This document shows, in pieces, positions 26,740 to 64,000 of a stretch of DNA of 64,000 nt. Origin of the DNA: Amoebidium appalachense (lineage: Eukaryota; Protista; Ichthyosporea); NCBI GenBank assembly GCA_963693365.1, contig CAVNZM010000005.1, positions 9,590,334-9,654,333 on the forward strand. Reading direction: 5' to 3'. Numbering within the stretch: position 1 is the first letter of the stretch; the number at the start of each line of letters is the position of its first letter. A model generated the notes under the pieces. It had not been told where the DNA came from. It saw only the letters and a list, made by a program, of their open reading frames with translations, and ran no database searches. A program made the translations under genes and the position numbers.

Positions 26740-28361
26740 GGTTTTATTAGGTTGTGTTCATAGATAAGTGAGGAGTCGTATTTGGAGTGATGAAAGGAGA
26801 AGAGTGTTTAGAAAGAAGAAACACAAAGGTACTGCTTAATGTCTCTTCAGACGGATGGTCGCATCAAAGCAACTTCATTGTTTTAGGGTGGTTTAGTTGC
26901 ACTTTTTCACTCTTTTTTTTTTCACCAGACGCTCGAAATTGTTACGTTACAAAATCAGAGTGTCTAGATGGAAACAAAACTCCGAGACGTTCCTTTGCGT
27001 CACTAAGCCTCATATGTGCAAATTAATAGTTGTACACACAGTGACAAGTGCCTATTTAGATAGATAAAGAATTACTCCATCTAATTCCTATAGCTGTTGC
27101 CAAAACTCCTTACGATACAGTTTCGAAGTATAAAAATGTATACTGTACCACTGTTGTACAGAAAAGCGAAGGGAAGGTGTGGTGTAAAACGTGTGTTTGA
27201 CTATTTGTTGTTTGAGTCATCTATTTGGGCTTGGGCTTTGCAGGCGGCGATATGCAAAACGTCAGCGGTGCTTTCTACACCAATAAAACAACTTGCATAA
27301 AAGTTAGGTATGAGCCCAATAAATTGTCACAACAAACCTGATGAGCTCTCAACATGCAGGCGCACCTTAAATGGGCGTTCAACGGCTCCTACACATATAT
27401 TTTTGATTTGAGGGTCTACCTTATATGCAAGTAAACCATAAATAAAGAGGAGTTCTTTATCATCTTTTTACCGTTCTCTCGGTGGGAAGTTGAACATTAA
27501 AATTGTAGAAGGTCAGACCGTGCAACATCACTGAGCAATGATCAGCTGCATAATCCCCATAGATGTGCCGTCGTCGTTTTTGATTGGACAAGCTTTTTGA
27601 AGACTAGGATCGCCCCGACTTTTCCGAGTCGCCCGAGGCTCCAAGCCCGCTCCTCAACACATGAAGTCTTTTCCGGCTCCAAAACATTGCAAGCCTTTGT
27701 ATCATAAGAATAGATTTTAGTGTTAGTCTGTATTCATATTACCTGAGAGTAAGTTGCTCCATCACTCGGATTTATCGGAAATCATGGTCGTGCAAAGCTT
27801 GTAAGTTGTCACCAGTGACTCACCACGTATCAGCTTCGAACAATCGCATCAATCAGGATCAAGTATGGCACCGACATTTTTACTGCATGACTTTATAAAT
27901 AAAACGTCTTGATCGCGGACGACGGTCCGGGGACTACTGTAAACAGCAAACAGTATGAAAAACATCGTCTACACAGCGAAGAACAACAACCCAGGAAAGA
28001 TACAGCAGTGTGCTACAGTAGTAAAGGGGCCCCATACAGCGATGAGATGCTTCACCTCCCTACTTCCTTCCTCGTGCACATGATCATATTGAAGTTCAAC
28101 AACTACCCCAGGCTCTTCACACTGAGGCCGCGGCACGTACAGCCAAGCGAATTTTCTGGCAAACGTGGGGGAGCCATCGGTGGCCGGGTGCCCAAGTGCA
28201 CACGTGCATGACCTTTATATATTGGCGGCGGACTTTCGGCCAAAATCGTGTGGGGTTCCACCGGCGGTCGCCCACATCAGCAACGGGGCTGTACAGCATG
28301 CATATGTAGTCAAGTTTTCCCAGCATATAACTAAGTTAGACTCTTTATCCGGGTCGGGGAC

Positions 28362-28486
28362 TGCTAAAAGGACTATTATTATAGCAGATGTGTGCTTCTT
28401 GGTTAAAAAGGCAACAAAAGGGCGCCGGTATTCTTTCAGGTTGATTTTTGTGAAGCCGGTGTTTGTATGTGCCTGTGTGTGTGTGT

Positions 28487-28552
<66 letters not shown>

Positions 28553-28555
28553 CAC

Positions 28556-28617
<62 letters not shown>

Positions 28618-28752
28618 TGTGCGCTGCTTAAAGGACTGTTATGATAGCAGATGTGTGCTTCTTGGTTAAAAAGGCAACAAAAGGGTGCCGGTATTCTTTC
28701 AGGTTGATTTTTGTGAGGCCGGTGCTTGTATGTGCCTGTGTGTGTGTGCACG
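28362..28752. repeat. ~130-bp direct duplication separated by (GT)n
   Basis: AAAGGACT...ATAGCAGATGTGTGCTTCTTGGTTAAAAAGGCAACAAAAGGG...TGTATGTGCCTGTG at about 28365 and 28630. Confidence 0.85.
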
Positions 28753-29398
28753 TGTATTTGTGTGTGTGTGTGTGCGTGTGTGTGTGTGCGCGCGCGTTTT
28801 CTTCGTGCACATGTGCGGGCGTGTGCGTGTGCTCCGAGTGAGTTTGTTTCGTGTGTGCCTGTCAAGGTGTGCAAATATTGTCCTTGCTAAATTACACACA
28901 TGCCCAAGTTGCGCCCTAAATCCATGCTTGCACTTGTACACGTGCGTGATGAATCCTAAGTATGCACAAAAGCTTCCTCAAATAGCACACCTGAGAGACC
29001 TGAGCTGTTTAAAGCTTCAATTCGAATCACCTTAGTGCAAACAGGCTGTGCGTCATGGTTGTGTATACGCTGATCACGTACACGTGGATTTATGCGTGTA
29101 TGTTGGTGCGCGTTCATTTGGCCTGTGTGCAAGTGTACTTCTCTTGTGAATGGGTGCGCCACTGAATGTATGCCGGAGTACGTTCACGTTGTTCACGTGC
29201 ACTCAGAGACAATATGTATGTGCTTGTATGTCGATGCACACTCTTGTGGCCATAATTATGTGCGAGGGTTCAATGGAGAGAGTGAACCCTATTCCTGACC
29301 CATTCTCTTTGAGAAACTGTATAGTATACGCATTCTATGAAGTTGTCTGTGGAACACGAGTCACTCAAAAGGTCTGGCCGCAGCTCAAGAGGTTGTGG

Positions 29399-29449
29399 CA
29401 AGGCCTCCTAAATAGCACACCTATTTGGTGTGCTATTTAGGAGGCCTTG
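29399..29449. mobile_element. 51-bp hairpin MITE with 8-bp TSD (hAT-like)
   Basis: Perfect 23-bp arms CAAGGCCTCCTAAATAGCACACC / GGTGTGCTATTTAGGAGGCCTTG with a 5-nt loop; GGTTGTGG directly on both sides (29391-29398 and 29450-29457). Confidence 0.75.
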
Positions 29450-29818
29450 GGTTGTGGTCATATGTTGGCAGCAGGAGTGGCACTATTAGTGGCACAGGCA
29501 TTTTGAGGCAGGGCGGCACTGTTGGTCAACAGTAAGCGTCTTATGATTAGTCCAAAAAATATAAAATTACCTTTATCTTTTTTCGGATTGGTGATAAATC
29601 TAAAAAGTTCGTTTTGATTAGATACAGATCATATATGTTTTGAGCAAAGATTTCCGGATTCTTCGTCAATCATTCACGTCGCCTATAAAAGGCTTTCACA
29701 TGTCTCACTCGACTATCTTCGACGTGAGTTGGTGTGAAACGTTGATAGGCAATTTCTTTGTTAAAACGAAGGAGTGTGGTAGCTACGAAGTAGCATTGGA
29801 CTTACAATCACAGCAAAC

Positions 29819-30196
29819 ATGAGTTCTAGGCGGTTGTATGTTGGTCACCTCAGCAACGATGCTCGGGAGGATGATGTGCGTGACCTGTTTGAGAAGTACG
29901 GCAAAGTGTATGACGTGGAGCTGAAGGTAACTTATCCTACTGATTTCCTTTTTACTATGGTCCTCCTTGCTTTCCCTTTATCCCCGTGGTTCTTTTCTCT
30001 TGTAGCAGGATCTTTGTCGTTTGGTGGTTCAAGGAAGGGTTGGTTCTGTGCTTCTCTGTTGTATAGCTGTTGGGGCATAGAGATGTTGACATGGTTTTTA
30101 GCATCTGCTCCCCCCCCCCCCCCCCCCCCCAAAACACCACCACCACCACCACAAAACCCCCCCCCCCAAAAAAAAAACAAAAAAAAAACCGCCCCT

Positions 30197-30234
<38 letters not shown>

Positions 30235-30916
30235 CCCCGTCTTTTCTGGTCCCTGCTGTCACTGATTCCGACCTCTTTCACAGAACGGTCATGGCTTCGT
30301 TGAGTTCGAGGACCGTCGAGATGCTGAAGATGCTGCCTATTATTTGGATGGCAAAAGGTTTTTTGGTGAGCGTCTTGTAGTAGAGCCAGACCGCTACAGC
30401 GACAAGCGTCGTAATGACTACCGCTTGTACATTGAAAACGTTTCTCCCTGCTACGACTGGTACGACATCAAGGACATCTTCAAGCGCGCGGGTACCATTA
30501 CATACGGTGACTTGGACACAAGGACGGGTGAGGGTGTGATCGAGTTCAAGCATTACGACGACATGGAGTACGCGCTCAAGAAATTTGACGGGATGAAGTT
30601 TGATGGATATCGCCTGCGCGTGTATGAGAGTAGCCGCAACAAGCGCCGTTCCCCTTCACGCTCTCCATCACCACGTGTCAGGTCTCGCTCTCGTTCACGC
30701 TCCCGTTCACGCACCCCATCACGTTCTCGCTCTCGCTCTCGCTTGGCAACCCCTGTCAATGAGAACAAGGAGAAGGAGAAGGAGACAAAGGCAGAGACGG
30801 AGGAGAAGAGGTTGGGCTCGGTTGTTTCTGGTACGGACTCCGCTGTGGAGAGTTCACCAACACGCAAGGACAAGCAAACGGTGGCAACGGGTACAGAAGT
30901 GCAGGCGTCTGCATAA
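29819..30916 (+). CDS. SR splicing factor, SRSF4/5/6 (SRp55/B52/Srp2)-like: RRM, pseudo-RRM and RS domain
   Basis: Exons 29819-29926 and 30284-30916. RLYVGHL (RNP2); K|NGHGFVEFEDRRDAEDA (RNP1); RRM2 RLYIENVS..DWYDIKD..GVIEF; RSRSRSRS tail. Confidence 0.93.
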
Positions 30917-33438
30917 GGTGTGTGTGGCATGTGTGTTGGGATGTCAGTTCCCTTAGGTCATCTGTTGTGAATATTCAGATGCCTGCTTTGTGTGTTGTGT
31001 AGTGCTGTTTATGAAAGAATCGTCTACTTGTGCTGTTCGTTTGGAGCATGATGGGGTAACGGGTGCTTTGTAGTGGAATAAATGGTTTGGCCTTAAGCTC
31101 TTTAATGAGGAATACAAGGGGCCTGTGAAAATGTGTGTACTGTTGCTTTTCTTTTTCTTCTTGTCTTTTTCTCAGTTTCCCTTTCTTTCCGTCCTATGTT
31201 TCTTTTCTTTCCTCTTCCTTTTGTATCGCTGGTGTGTGTGTGTGTGTGCGGTGGTGGTGGTGGGAGTGAAACGGAGAAGATGGGGAACCATGTCCGTGTA
31301 TACTTGGTTGACGGGTGGCACACATGTTCTGAAAGTGGTGTTGGGGATCCACCCCTATCAAACCTCAGAAAGAAGGCCCTCAAATCTGTTTCAAGAGAGC
31401 CGACTACGGACCTCCGCCATCTGCAGTGTTTGTATTTTGTTGTTTTGTGTGTTTACCAGTCATACACGTACGATACTCAGGTTAAGTTTTCGACAATGTT
31501 ATGTTTAGGTGGTAACAGTCGAGTTTGGTCGTGTGTGCACGTTCGTCTGTCACAGTGGTGTGTGAATGCATGGCTTCACCGGATGGATGTTTAGTGGACT
31601 TTTCCGTGCTCCAGTGGTTGGTGAGCGGGTGTTGTTTCATTTTTACTATCTGCATGGGTATACGATTGATATGTAGATGTGATTGCTGTTCAAGCACCGA
31701 AATTGATATGATTGCTGACATAATGTATATACAGGTCATGTGGATGGAGTTGTGGTGTGGCACATGGGCCCTGCTTCTACAACCCATATGGGCAAAAGGT
31801 ATCAATCTGAGTGAGAACCTTGCCCCACCTGCCTTTCATTCGACTAGTTTACTATTTTACCGCCCTAAGCCGACGGGGTGGTTGTGCACGGTGCTGCGCT
31901 GACTTGGCTATGCTGCAACTACAAGACAAAGTATAACTATAACGCATGACACTATATATTGAAATGGACATTTAGATTTGCTACATATAGCTGACGTAGC
32001 CTAGTGGTTTTGATAGGGCACTCGTTTAGCCAGTATTTCTTTCGAAGTATTTCTTTCGAACGTTTCTCTGTCAGTGAGCTCTATTAGTGCGCACCGTGCA
32101 CCGGAAGTAGTTTTGAAATGAGATAACATGACGGCGCAGTTATCAACTGCGGGCTTTCGATGACAAGTAGCACCATTTATATCCAGTCGCAGGGCGCCTG
32201 GAAAATGGTGTTGGGTGTTCCTGTTTAAAGAGAATGTATATGATTGTATGCCAAGGGTATAATGCCCACATGAATAAAGTTGTAGAATGCGAACTTTCGT
32301 GCGTTCCCGCGTGTTCATCCGCCTCAACCACAACCCAACTGCAAGTTCCCCTAGTTCCCGGCCACCTACAATTTTCAAACTTATGATCATGCAAGCTAGT
32401 GCTGCTTTTGTTTAATGATTCGTGTTGTGTGCGCGCTGTGTGTGGGTACCACCGGGTGTGCGTGTGTGACCGAGATTCTGCTTTGTGTTATGTTTTGCAA
32501 ATGTACGTGTTCTGGGCAAGAGCCCAGCGAATAAATTTCACGCACTGACACATCAATGAAACCATGATGTTGGTGCCACGTGTGCAGACTTATCCCAGGC
32601 GTAGCCATTTAGTTGCAAAAGGGTACGCATACGCCTGGTATACGTATGTTGCTGGAGAAGCTTTAGCATAATGCTCATAGACGGAAGGTATTCGTGAGCT
32701 GGCACACAGCAGGGCCGGACTGGTGCTGCAGGCCGCTGGCGCAAACCAGCACAGATAGCGCAAACACCAGGTGCGCACGTAGCCAATCACTTGACGACCC
32801 TTACGTATGTTTAAATTGGCTTACAAGGCATTCTGTGAACTGCAGCAGTTTTATGCACAAAACGTAAACAAGCGTGGCTGTGAACCTGTGACGTTGCTGA
32901 TTCAGAAAAACGGTACTGGCGTGGTCACGGATGTCCAACATGCACGTTAGAAGATATGCGTGCATGTAGACCCCATTCGTGTTTAGCTCAAAAAAATCGA
33001 TCTGCTGAAACCCCAGTGCGGCACCCAAGCCAAAGCTGGCTTAACTCCAAATTTTTGAACTTCCGGGTCTGTCACATCTCCACATCTGATGGCACAAGCA
33101 GTCGTTCTTCCCCCGGGTGCATAAAGGACTCTCCTAATACTTGCCTCTTCCGCTTGAGGGAAGCTCGGTCTACTTTCTTTGTTATTCCGTCCGTATCTAG
33201 AAAAGTGCGGCGTTGGGTGCAAGTGAAATCCATTCATCGGATACCACGACCGCCATTCCTGGCCAGCCTAGCACGTTCCGAAGTTTTTACAAGTTTGTCT
33301 TTTATTGACACTGTCTTTCTACTATAAAAACACTTGCTTCGAGGAGTTGTTGCCGTTTTTGTTATGTAGCTCAGGATCTCAAACATGCCTAATGCCATGC
33401 TTGATTACGTTTTGGGCAAGCAAGGGCCTGAAGAGGCC

Positions 33439-48310
<14,872 letters not shown>

Positions 48311-49142
48311 TATTTTATTCTGGGAAAACTTGGTTTTTTCGTTTTTACCGTTTTTTATTATTATTATACATCTTTTTTATGTGCACTGCCGTCTTTTCGG
48401 GTCGGTACTAGCCCCCCTAGGAGAAGCTTAATGCTTGTGACAGAAGAGAGGTGTAGAAGTTGTTGTGGGAAACGGGCTTTCGAAGGGTAAGGCTCTGGAA
48501 AAGCGGGAAAATTTCGAAGCGTTAGGTGGCACTGATGTTTCTGCATATTGAAAGACGCGCATGTACACGAGGATATTTTTGAGGATGGTGAGCACGTACA
48601 TAGTCTACACAGCGTGAAATTTATGGGCACACCTTGTGATAGTACTAGCGGACAATGGGTTGTAAACTGTAACTTCTGTATGTTCCATGCATCTGATAGG
48701 TTTTGGTTAGGCGGACACCTAGTATACAAGAATTAGCGTGTGAAATTTTCCGAGTTAGTAGGGGTGGCTTTGCACAGTGTGTGTTCACATGACTGAAGAT
48801 GATACGATGACTTGTATGTAAACATGACTGGTACGTATACGTACCTGGCAGCATGGCACATATATGGGCCATTGGAGCGAGCCTCAACCAGAGACTAAGA
48901 CTTTGGATTTGTATGATTGTTTTGCGCTTGCCATTGTGTACGTGTATGAGCATGTTAGCCGACGTAGTATGTAATGCATATTCATTACAGTTTGTAAACT
49001 TTTTTTTTTTTTTTTTTTTTTTAAGGGAGGTCTGACACCAGCGCCAGTGTGGACTCCGTACCTCAGTAGATGTATACGTAGTTGTGTCATACATATGCAT
49101 ACACTGACATGCTACAGTGCTAGCCGCCTGCATATGCATACC

Positions 49143-49200
<58 letters not shown>

Positions 49201-49377
49201 AAAATTAAATAAAAAATAAAAAATATAAATATAAAACAAAAACTTGAAAAAATAAAAATAAAATAGAAACCAGCACTACCCACACCCACCCACCCACCTA
49301 TCCACACACATACACACAAACACGCCTCAGTGACACACATACACTCGCACATGAATGCGGCACGAACACACCCATGA

Positions 49378-49462
<85 letters not shown>

Positions 49463-51223
49463 TGCACACACATGCATGCATCACAGCTGTACAGAGCCAC
49501 ACGCACGTGACCATCATGGTGCCTACGTGCACGTGCACGCACACACACCTGTATCTTGTTGCTAATATCTATGCCGGATCTAAACTTACAGTGTGATAGT
49601 GATTAACGTTTGCAAGCATTACGACGAGCCTTCACGTGCACATCAGTGCTGGGTCCGCAAATCTACAGCTAGATCTCGAGAACTCACTAGTTACTGTACA
49701 GTAAACAGAACAGTTTCAAAACAAAAGAAGTACACATATGCATCCAAAATACTTGAATAAAGAAGCCCAAAACTGGATGGGTTGCTGGGTGACCAATTGC
49801 GCATATGCCATCGGGCATGTGCCTGTGATCTCGACAGCATGAACTGCACCGTGTTGTTGCAATTTTTGTATGTACAGGCATGTCCCCTAGCCATGGCTCA
49901 AGGAAGACATAGCTCCTCACGGACATCTTTATGTGACAGTTACCGACCTTAAACAACAACATATAGTTTGTATTTGACTGTTTCGCATTTTTTTTTTTTT
50001 TTTTGCCCCATCTGTATATATACGGTAAGCTCTCTCAGCAGTCTCATGCATGATCCGTGACGAACTTTTTTGGCGCGGAGAAGGTCATGAAAACATTTAT
50101 TTGGTCACTGTCTCTTCCAGTCTTTTTAGGCTCGTTTTGCGATCTACTTTATGTATATAATATGATAATCACGATCGGATTGCGATGCAAAGTCCTTATC
50201 ACTTTGGGATTCACACTTAGAATTGGTCTTTTGCACACATGCATGCGTATAGCAAATCATATCCGCCAGCGTCACACAGAAAAACTGAGCACAACAATTT
50301 CGTCAGGGCGTGACGTGTAGTTTCTTACATTGTTTTACTCCGTGTACTTATCCGTGCGAGGTTGCCTTGTTCACACACACACAACAGAATAGACGTTACA
50401 GACCATTCATTTACAACGGAGAGCTATATAGCAGAGCACCGCCATTCATTCCTGTGACGAATATTCTCCAATGTTCAGCTGCTCGACTAGCCTTGAAGCA
50501 AGGGTCTGCTGAATTTGGTTACCAGTGAAACGGCACACAACAATAACTAATCACTGTTACACTATTTTCAACATTATTCGGTTTTCATATGTGCATGATC
50601 GACACAAATAAAACGGCAATGTTTCCTCGCTGTTAGCAAAGGAGTGGCATCTTGTAGCTACAGTTCCGGATTCTTCCTGCATCCTGGATTCCAGACAGGT
50701 ATGTCAGTTCTCTTGTAGAAATGAGGTGTCCAACATAGACCAATTCTCCAAACATGAATACCGTTCTAACGTGGAATACCGCATCACTTGACCGTGCACG
50801 TAATCGTTTGATGGTCACTCTCCAGGGCATTCTCCTGTTGGTCTGTTGCGCTCTCTCCCTCTCTTGCTCCCTCCCTCCCAGCTGCCTTCTTTCCCCCCCC
50901 CGTCCTTTTTGACCCACTTTATTCCTTACTTCTGTCGTGTAATTGGGAAATCTACTCTTTTTTTTTTCCCTAGTCGTTTGTCATGCACAGGGCAGCTCGA
51001 TGTCCCTCTGTTTACGTTCATCAGACCTCAAGCCATCTGAATGTTTTCACGCACTGTCCGCACTTTCTTCTTTACACACCCATATCTTCTTGCACAGCTT
51101 TCTGCGGCTGCTTCTTTTATTAATACTTCACAGCCAATCACCTACTCTTCATTCCCTCAGCACCTCACCCACCAGTGCAGACATTGTACCACACACATTC
51201 CCTTTTTCTCCCCTTGTCTCACC

Positions 51224-51379
<156 letters not shown>

Positions 51380-51979
51380 CTTTTTGTCTCTCGCTGTCCC
51401 TTGCTCCTTTCCCCCCCCCCTCTCCCCTCTTTCACGGTGCGTTCCATCTATTTGTCAACCACACTCTCACATATAAGCATCTATTTTTTTCTCTGCCGTA
51501 CCTGGCAACGCACACGCGCCAGAGATCTACACTGATGCCAACACCAAGTCGTTGCATCCATGAAGAGAGAAGCTAGACAAATCTATGTTGCTTATTTTGC
51601 AGTAATGTGCTTTCATCGATGATGGTGCATCTAATGCACTTAACACCTTAACTTCCGTTTCTATTTTCTGGAACGTGTGAACCCCGAAAACAATTGACCT
51701 GCAGTTCACTTTCCGCCCTGTTTTGTTTTATAGATGTTATTGGTTATGGCCTGGCAAGTGACCGATTGACTTGCATGTTCCTGCTACACGTCGGAGCTCC
51801 TATGTTTCATCGAGCTTCTTGTACATAGTTCTTTCAGAGAGTCATTGGGATACCAAAAGTTTGATCCCTTTTCTCTCTAGTGTCAACGAGACCCAACAAC
51901 AATTCCTTCCGAGCAAAACATGCACCTGCCTGATTACCTGGTCCTCTCGGGAAGAGAGAAAGATTCTTTGTGTGTGTGT

Positions 51980-52015
<36 letters not shown>

Positions 52016-52259
52016 TGGAAGTTTGGAGGGGAGGAGGGAGGGTGGTGGGGTCCAATGACATTGTGTGTTGGTGATTGCTGGAACACATGATTGGCAGTGT
52101 CGGTAGATATATCCGGCATGTGTTTGGCTTCTGGAGCGCCCTTAAAATCATAATGGGTGGCAACCGAACTTGATGTTTGCGCATAGGCAGCGTGTAATGA
52201 TACTGTTCTTTCACGCACCACTAAGAATAAATTTTAATGTGTTGATCGCCACATTCGTA

Positions 52260-52488
52260 CAGGGGTAGGAGGGATTTAAAATCACGTGAATTTTGGCTCT
52301 AGGTAGCTAGAATCTTGTTTTCAGAACCCCCCCCCCCCCCCCCCCTTCCCCCCAGCACACATTTTTTAAAGAAAAAATCTTAATTTGTCATGTATGTCGT
52401 GGGGACTAGCTCGGGTAGAATCCAAAGCTTTCAAAAAAATTAGCGCATGAACTTAAACTCGGAAAATCTTAGATTCAGCCCACCCCTG
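52260..52488. mobile_element. TA-flanked MITE (Tc1/mariner-like)
   Basis: TA|CAGGGGTAGGAGGGATTTAAAAT versus reverse complement of the right end TA|CAGGGGTGGGCTGAATCTAAGAT. Confidence 0.65.
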
Positions 52489-52851
52489 TATATATTGACC
52501 TTTCTCGCGCCGTTCATGGCGTTCGTCGCAACCTTATCAGTCTGTTGGGACTGATGATAGTATTCTGAAAATCACGTCTATTTGCTAAAAACTAAGACAA
52601 CATACGTGTTTTATCAGTTATGGCACCCTTTTAAGCACGAGTCACTGGAATAAAAAGCTGCAAAAGTGGAAGTTGCAGTATACATAGCCAATAAGAATTG
52701 GTGGATTCAAAACCCCAAATTAGGGTGCAAGACTCCACGAGGGAGTGTCGTACTAAACGTCTGTGTCGGCATTTCTCTGAATTCTGAATCTCTCTGTGTC
52801 GCAGTTGCACAATACCTAGAACAAGAGGAGTTCACACCATATATATATATG

Positions 52852-52892
<41 letters not shown>

Positions 52893-53242
52893 GGCACAGC
52901 CAATCGTGTTATCTGACGTCAATATGACGCAAACCTGACGTAAAACTGATATCATGTAGCGAAATTAACCGACATAGACTTTAAATTTCGCGGTGAGCCA
53001 AACCATTAAAATATGATTGCGCCTTCATCTTCCGCGCGAACTGGAAAAAAAAATTATATGTACAACTAAGGTTTGCCCAAGTTTATTGCTGGAGCTGAAA
53101 TACCGACGTATTCTGAGCGGGTGGTGGGAGATTTCTAATTCCGATACAGGCAATCTTTTGGCAATCAATAGCTTAGCATGTGTAAGCTATTTCGATTGGT
53201 GGATCTAACATGGAATGTGCGTACAGGGTCTGCTATTGGCCG

Positions 53243-63125
<9,883 letters not shown>

Positions 63126-63134
63126 GTACGTGCT

Positions 63135-63165
<31 letters not shown>

Positions 63166-63414
63166 GGGGGGGGGGGGAGGGGGGGGGGGGTGTGTGTGTG
63201 TGTGTGTGTGTGTGGGTGTGTGGGTTAACGGGTGGATGGATGTATGTGTGTGGTGTGAGTGTGTGTGTGTGTGTGTGCGTCCCACGGTTGTGAGTTCGTG
63301 CCTGTGTTTGTGTGCATCAGATGGGAGGGGGAGGGGGGGGGGGGGAGGGGGGGGAGGGGGGGGGGAGTATGGCTGTCTCTGATATGTGTTTGGCCCTTTA
63401 TGTGTACAGATGTA

Positions 63415-64000
63415 CGGTAATAATTGCTGCTACACACATCGGAAATCTTTAGCTCCAAATCTCGGCCCCGCAGTGGCTTCTACGCCGAATTAATGTTTGC
63501 GCGATCGGAATGACGTCATCAATTTTTATTTTATTTTTTTTAGTCGCCGCTGGTGGGGCCTCACGGGGATTTCGTTTAGTGTCATCTCACTAAAAAATAC
63601 GCTGTCTAAAAGCCGTTTAAATGAATTTTTGACTGCCGACTGCTAGAAAGCGCCCGCTTCGCTCAAACACTGCATGTTTACATTGGCTACATCTAGATTG
63701 TAGGAAAATGTCATTGAAAAAGCTTTTGCCCCTGCTTAAACACTGCAGGTTTACATTGGCTAGATCTAGATTGCTGGAATGTCCCAGAGAAAAATTATGG
63801 CGACAATCGCATCAGCCAATGAAAACCTGCAGTGGTTTTCGATTAGGACCTCCGTGAGGCCCCACCAGCGGCGGTCGAAAATCTTCTAGTCTACAATGCG
63901 CAGACCATTAGATGACGTAATTGATCGTGCAGTCTTTCGCGCGCGCGCCGCTGGTCGAGGCCGACATTTTAGGCTAGGAAATCTTCAACGAGAAAGCAAG
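63415..64000. mobile_element. Long-TIR (foldback/MITE-like) element, right end at or just beyond the window edge
   Basis: Perfect 22-bp inverted repeat 63545-63566 / 63852-63873, with imperfect symmetry extending outward (TGACGTCATC/GATGACGTAA; CTCGGCC/GGCCGAC); internal ~42-bp direct repeat at about 63666 and 63738. Confidence 0.65.

Noticed and set aside
27335-27345. Isolated CTGATGA motifs (also about 17053 and 52551)
   Set aside because: No properly placed GAAA with supporting stems; expected by chance.
27500-28400. Possible gene or pseudogene between the kinase and the SR gene
   Set aside because: Coding-like composition but no recognisable motifs or consistent splice model.
31990-33330. 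Minus-strand ORF cluster upstream of BCS1
   Set aside because: Short overlapping ORFs with no recognisable domain and no phase-consistent exon chain.
63410-63452. Possible terminal exon of the second kinase
   Set aside because: It would end the kinase before subdomains VIII-XI and overlaps the left TIR of the foldback element.

Overview
Intron-rich eukaryotic genomic DNA; the lineage cannot be fixed from sequence alone. Introns are packed with poly(C)/poly(G) tracts and (CA)n/(GT)n/(CT)n microsatellites, so almost all listed ORFs are low-complexity noise. Manual splicing with phase-consistent GT/GC-AG junctions gives five genes: (1) a 5'-partial UPF1/IGHMBP2-like SF1B helicase (+, 877-12664, 9 exons, one apparent frameshift in a G8 run); (2) a CAMK-like Ser/Thr kinase (-, 19560-26739, 7 exons); (3) an SRSF4/5/6-like SR splicing factor (+, 29819-30916); (4) the mitochondrial AAA chaperone BCS1 (+, 33439-48310, 17 exons, two GC-AG introns); (5) a divergent protein kinase (+, about 53243 to beyond 63125). 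The most notable non-genic signal is a dispersed non-coding repeat family (about 374 bp at full length). Its copies are variably 5'-truncated, share the 3' end CGCATTCAA(AA) followed by poly(C), and carry a structured core with a pseudoknot that covaries between two subfamilies; this fits a candidate poly(C)-targeting or poly(C)-tailed structured-RNA retroposon. Other signals: (CA)n repeats replace the polypyrimidine tract at about 15 of 41 acceptors, often opposite (GT)n at the donor end; exon-intron junctions are repeatedly duplicated into adjacent introns; and there are several MITEs, including a 51-bp perfect hairpin with an 8-bp target-site duplication.
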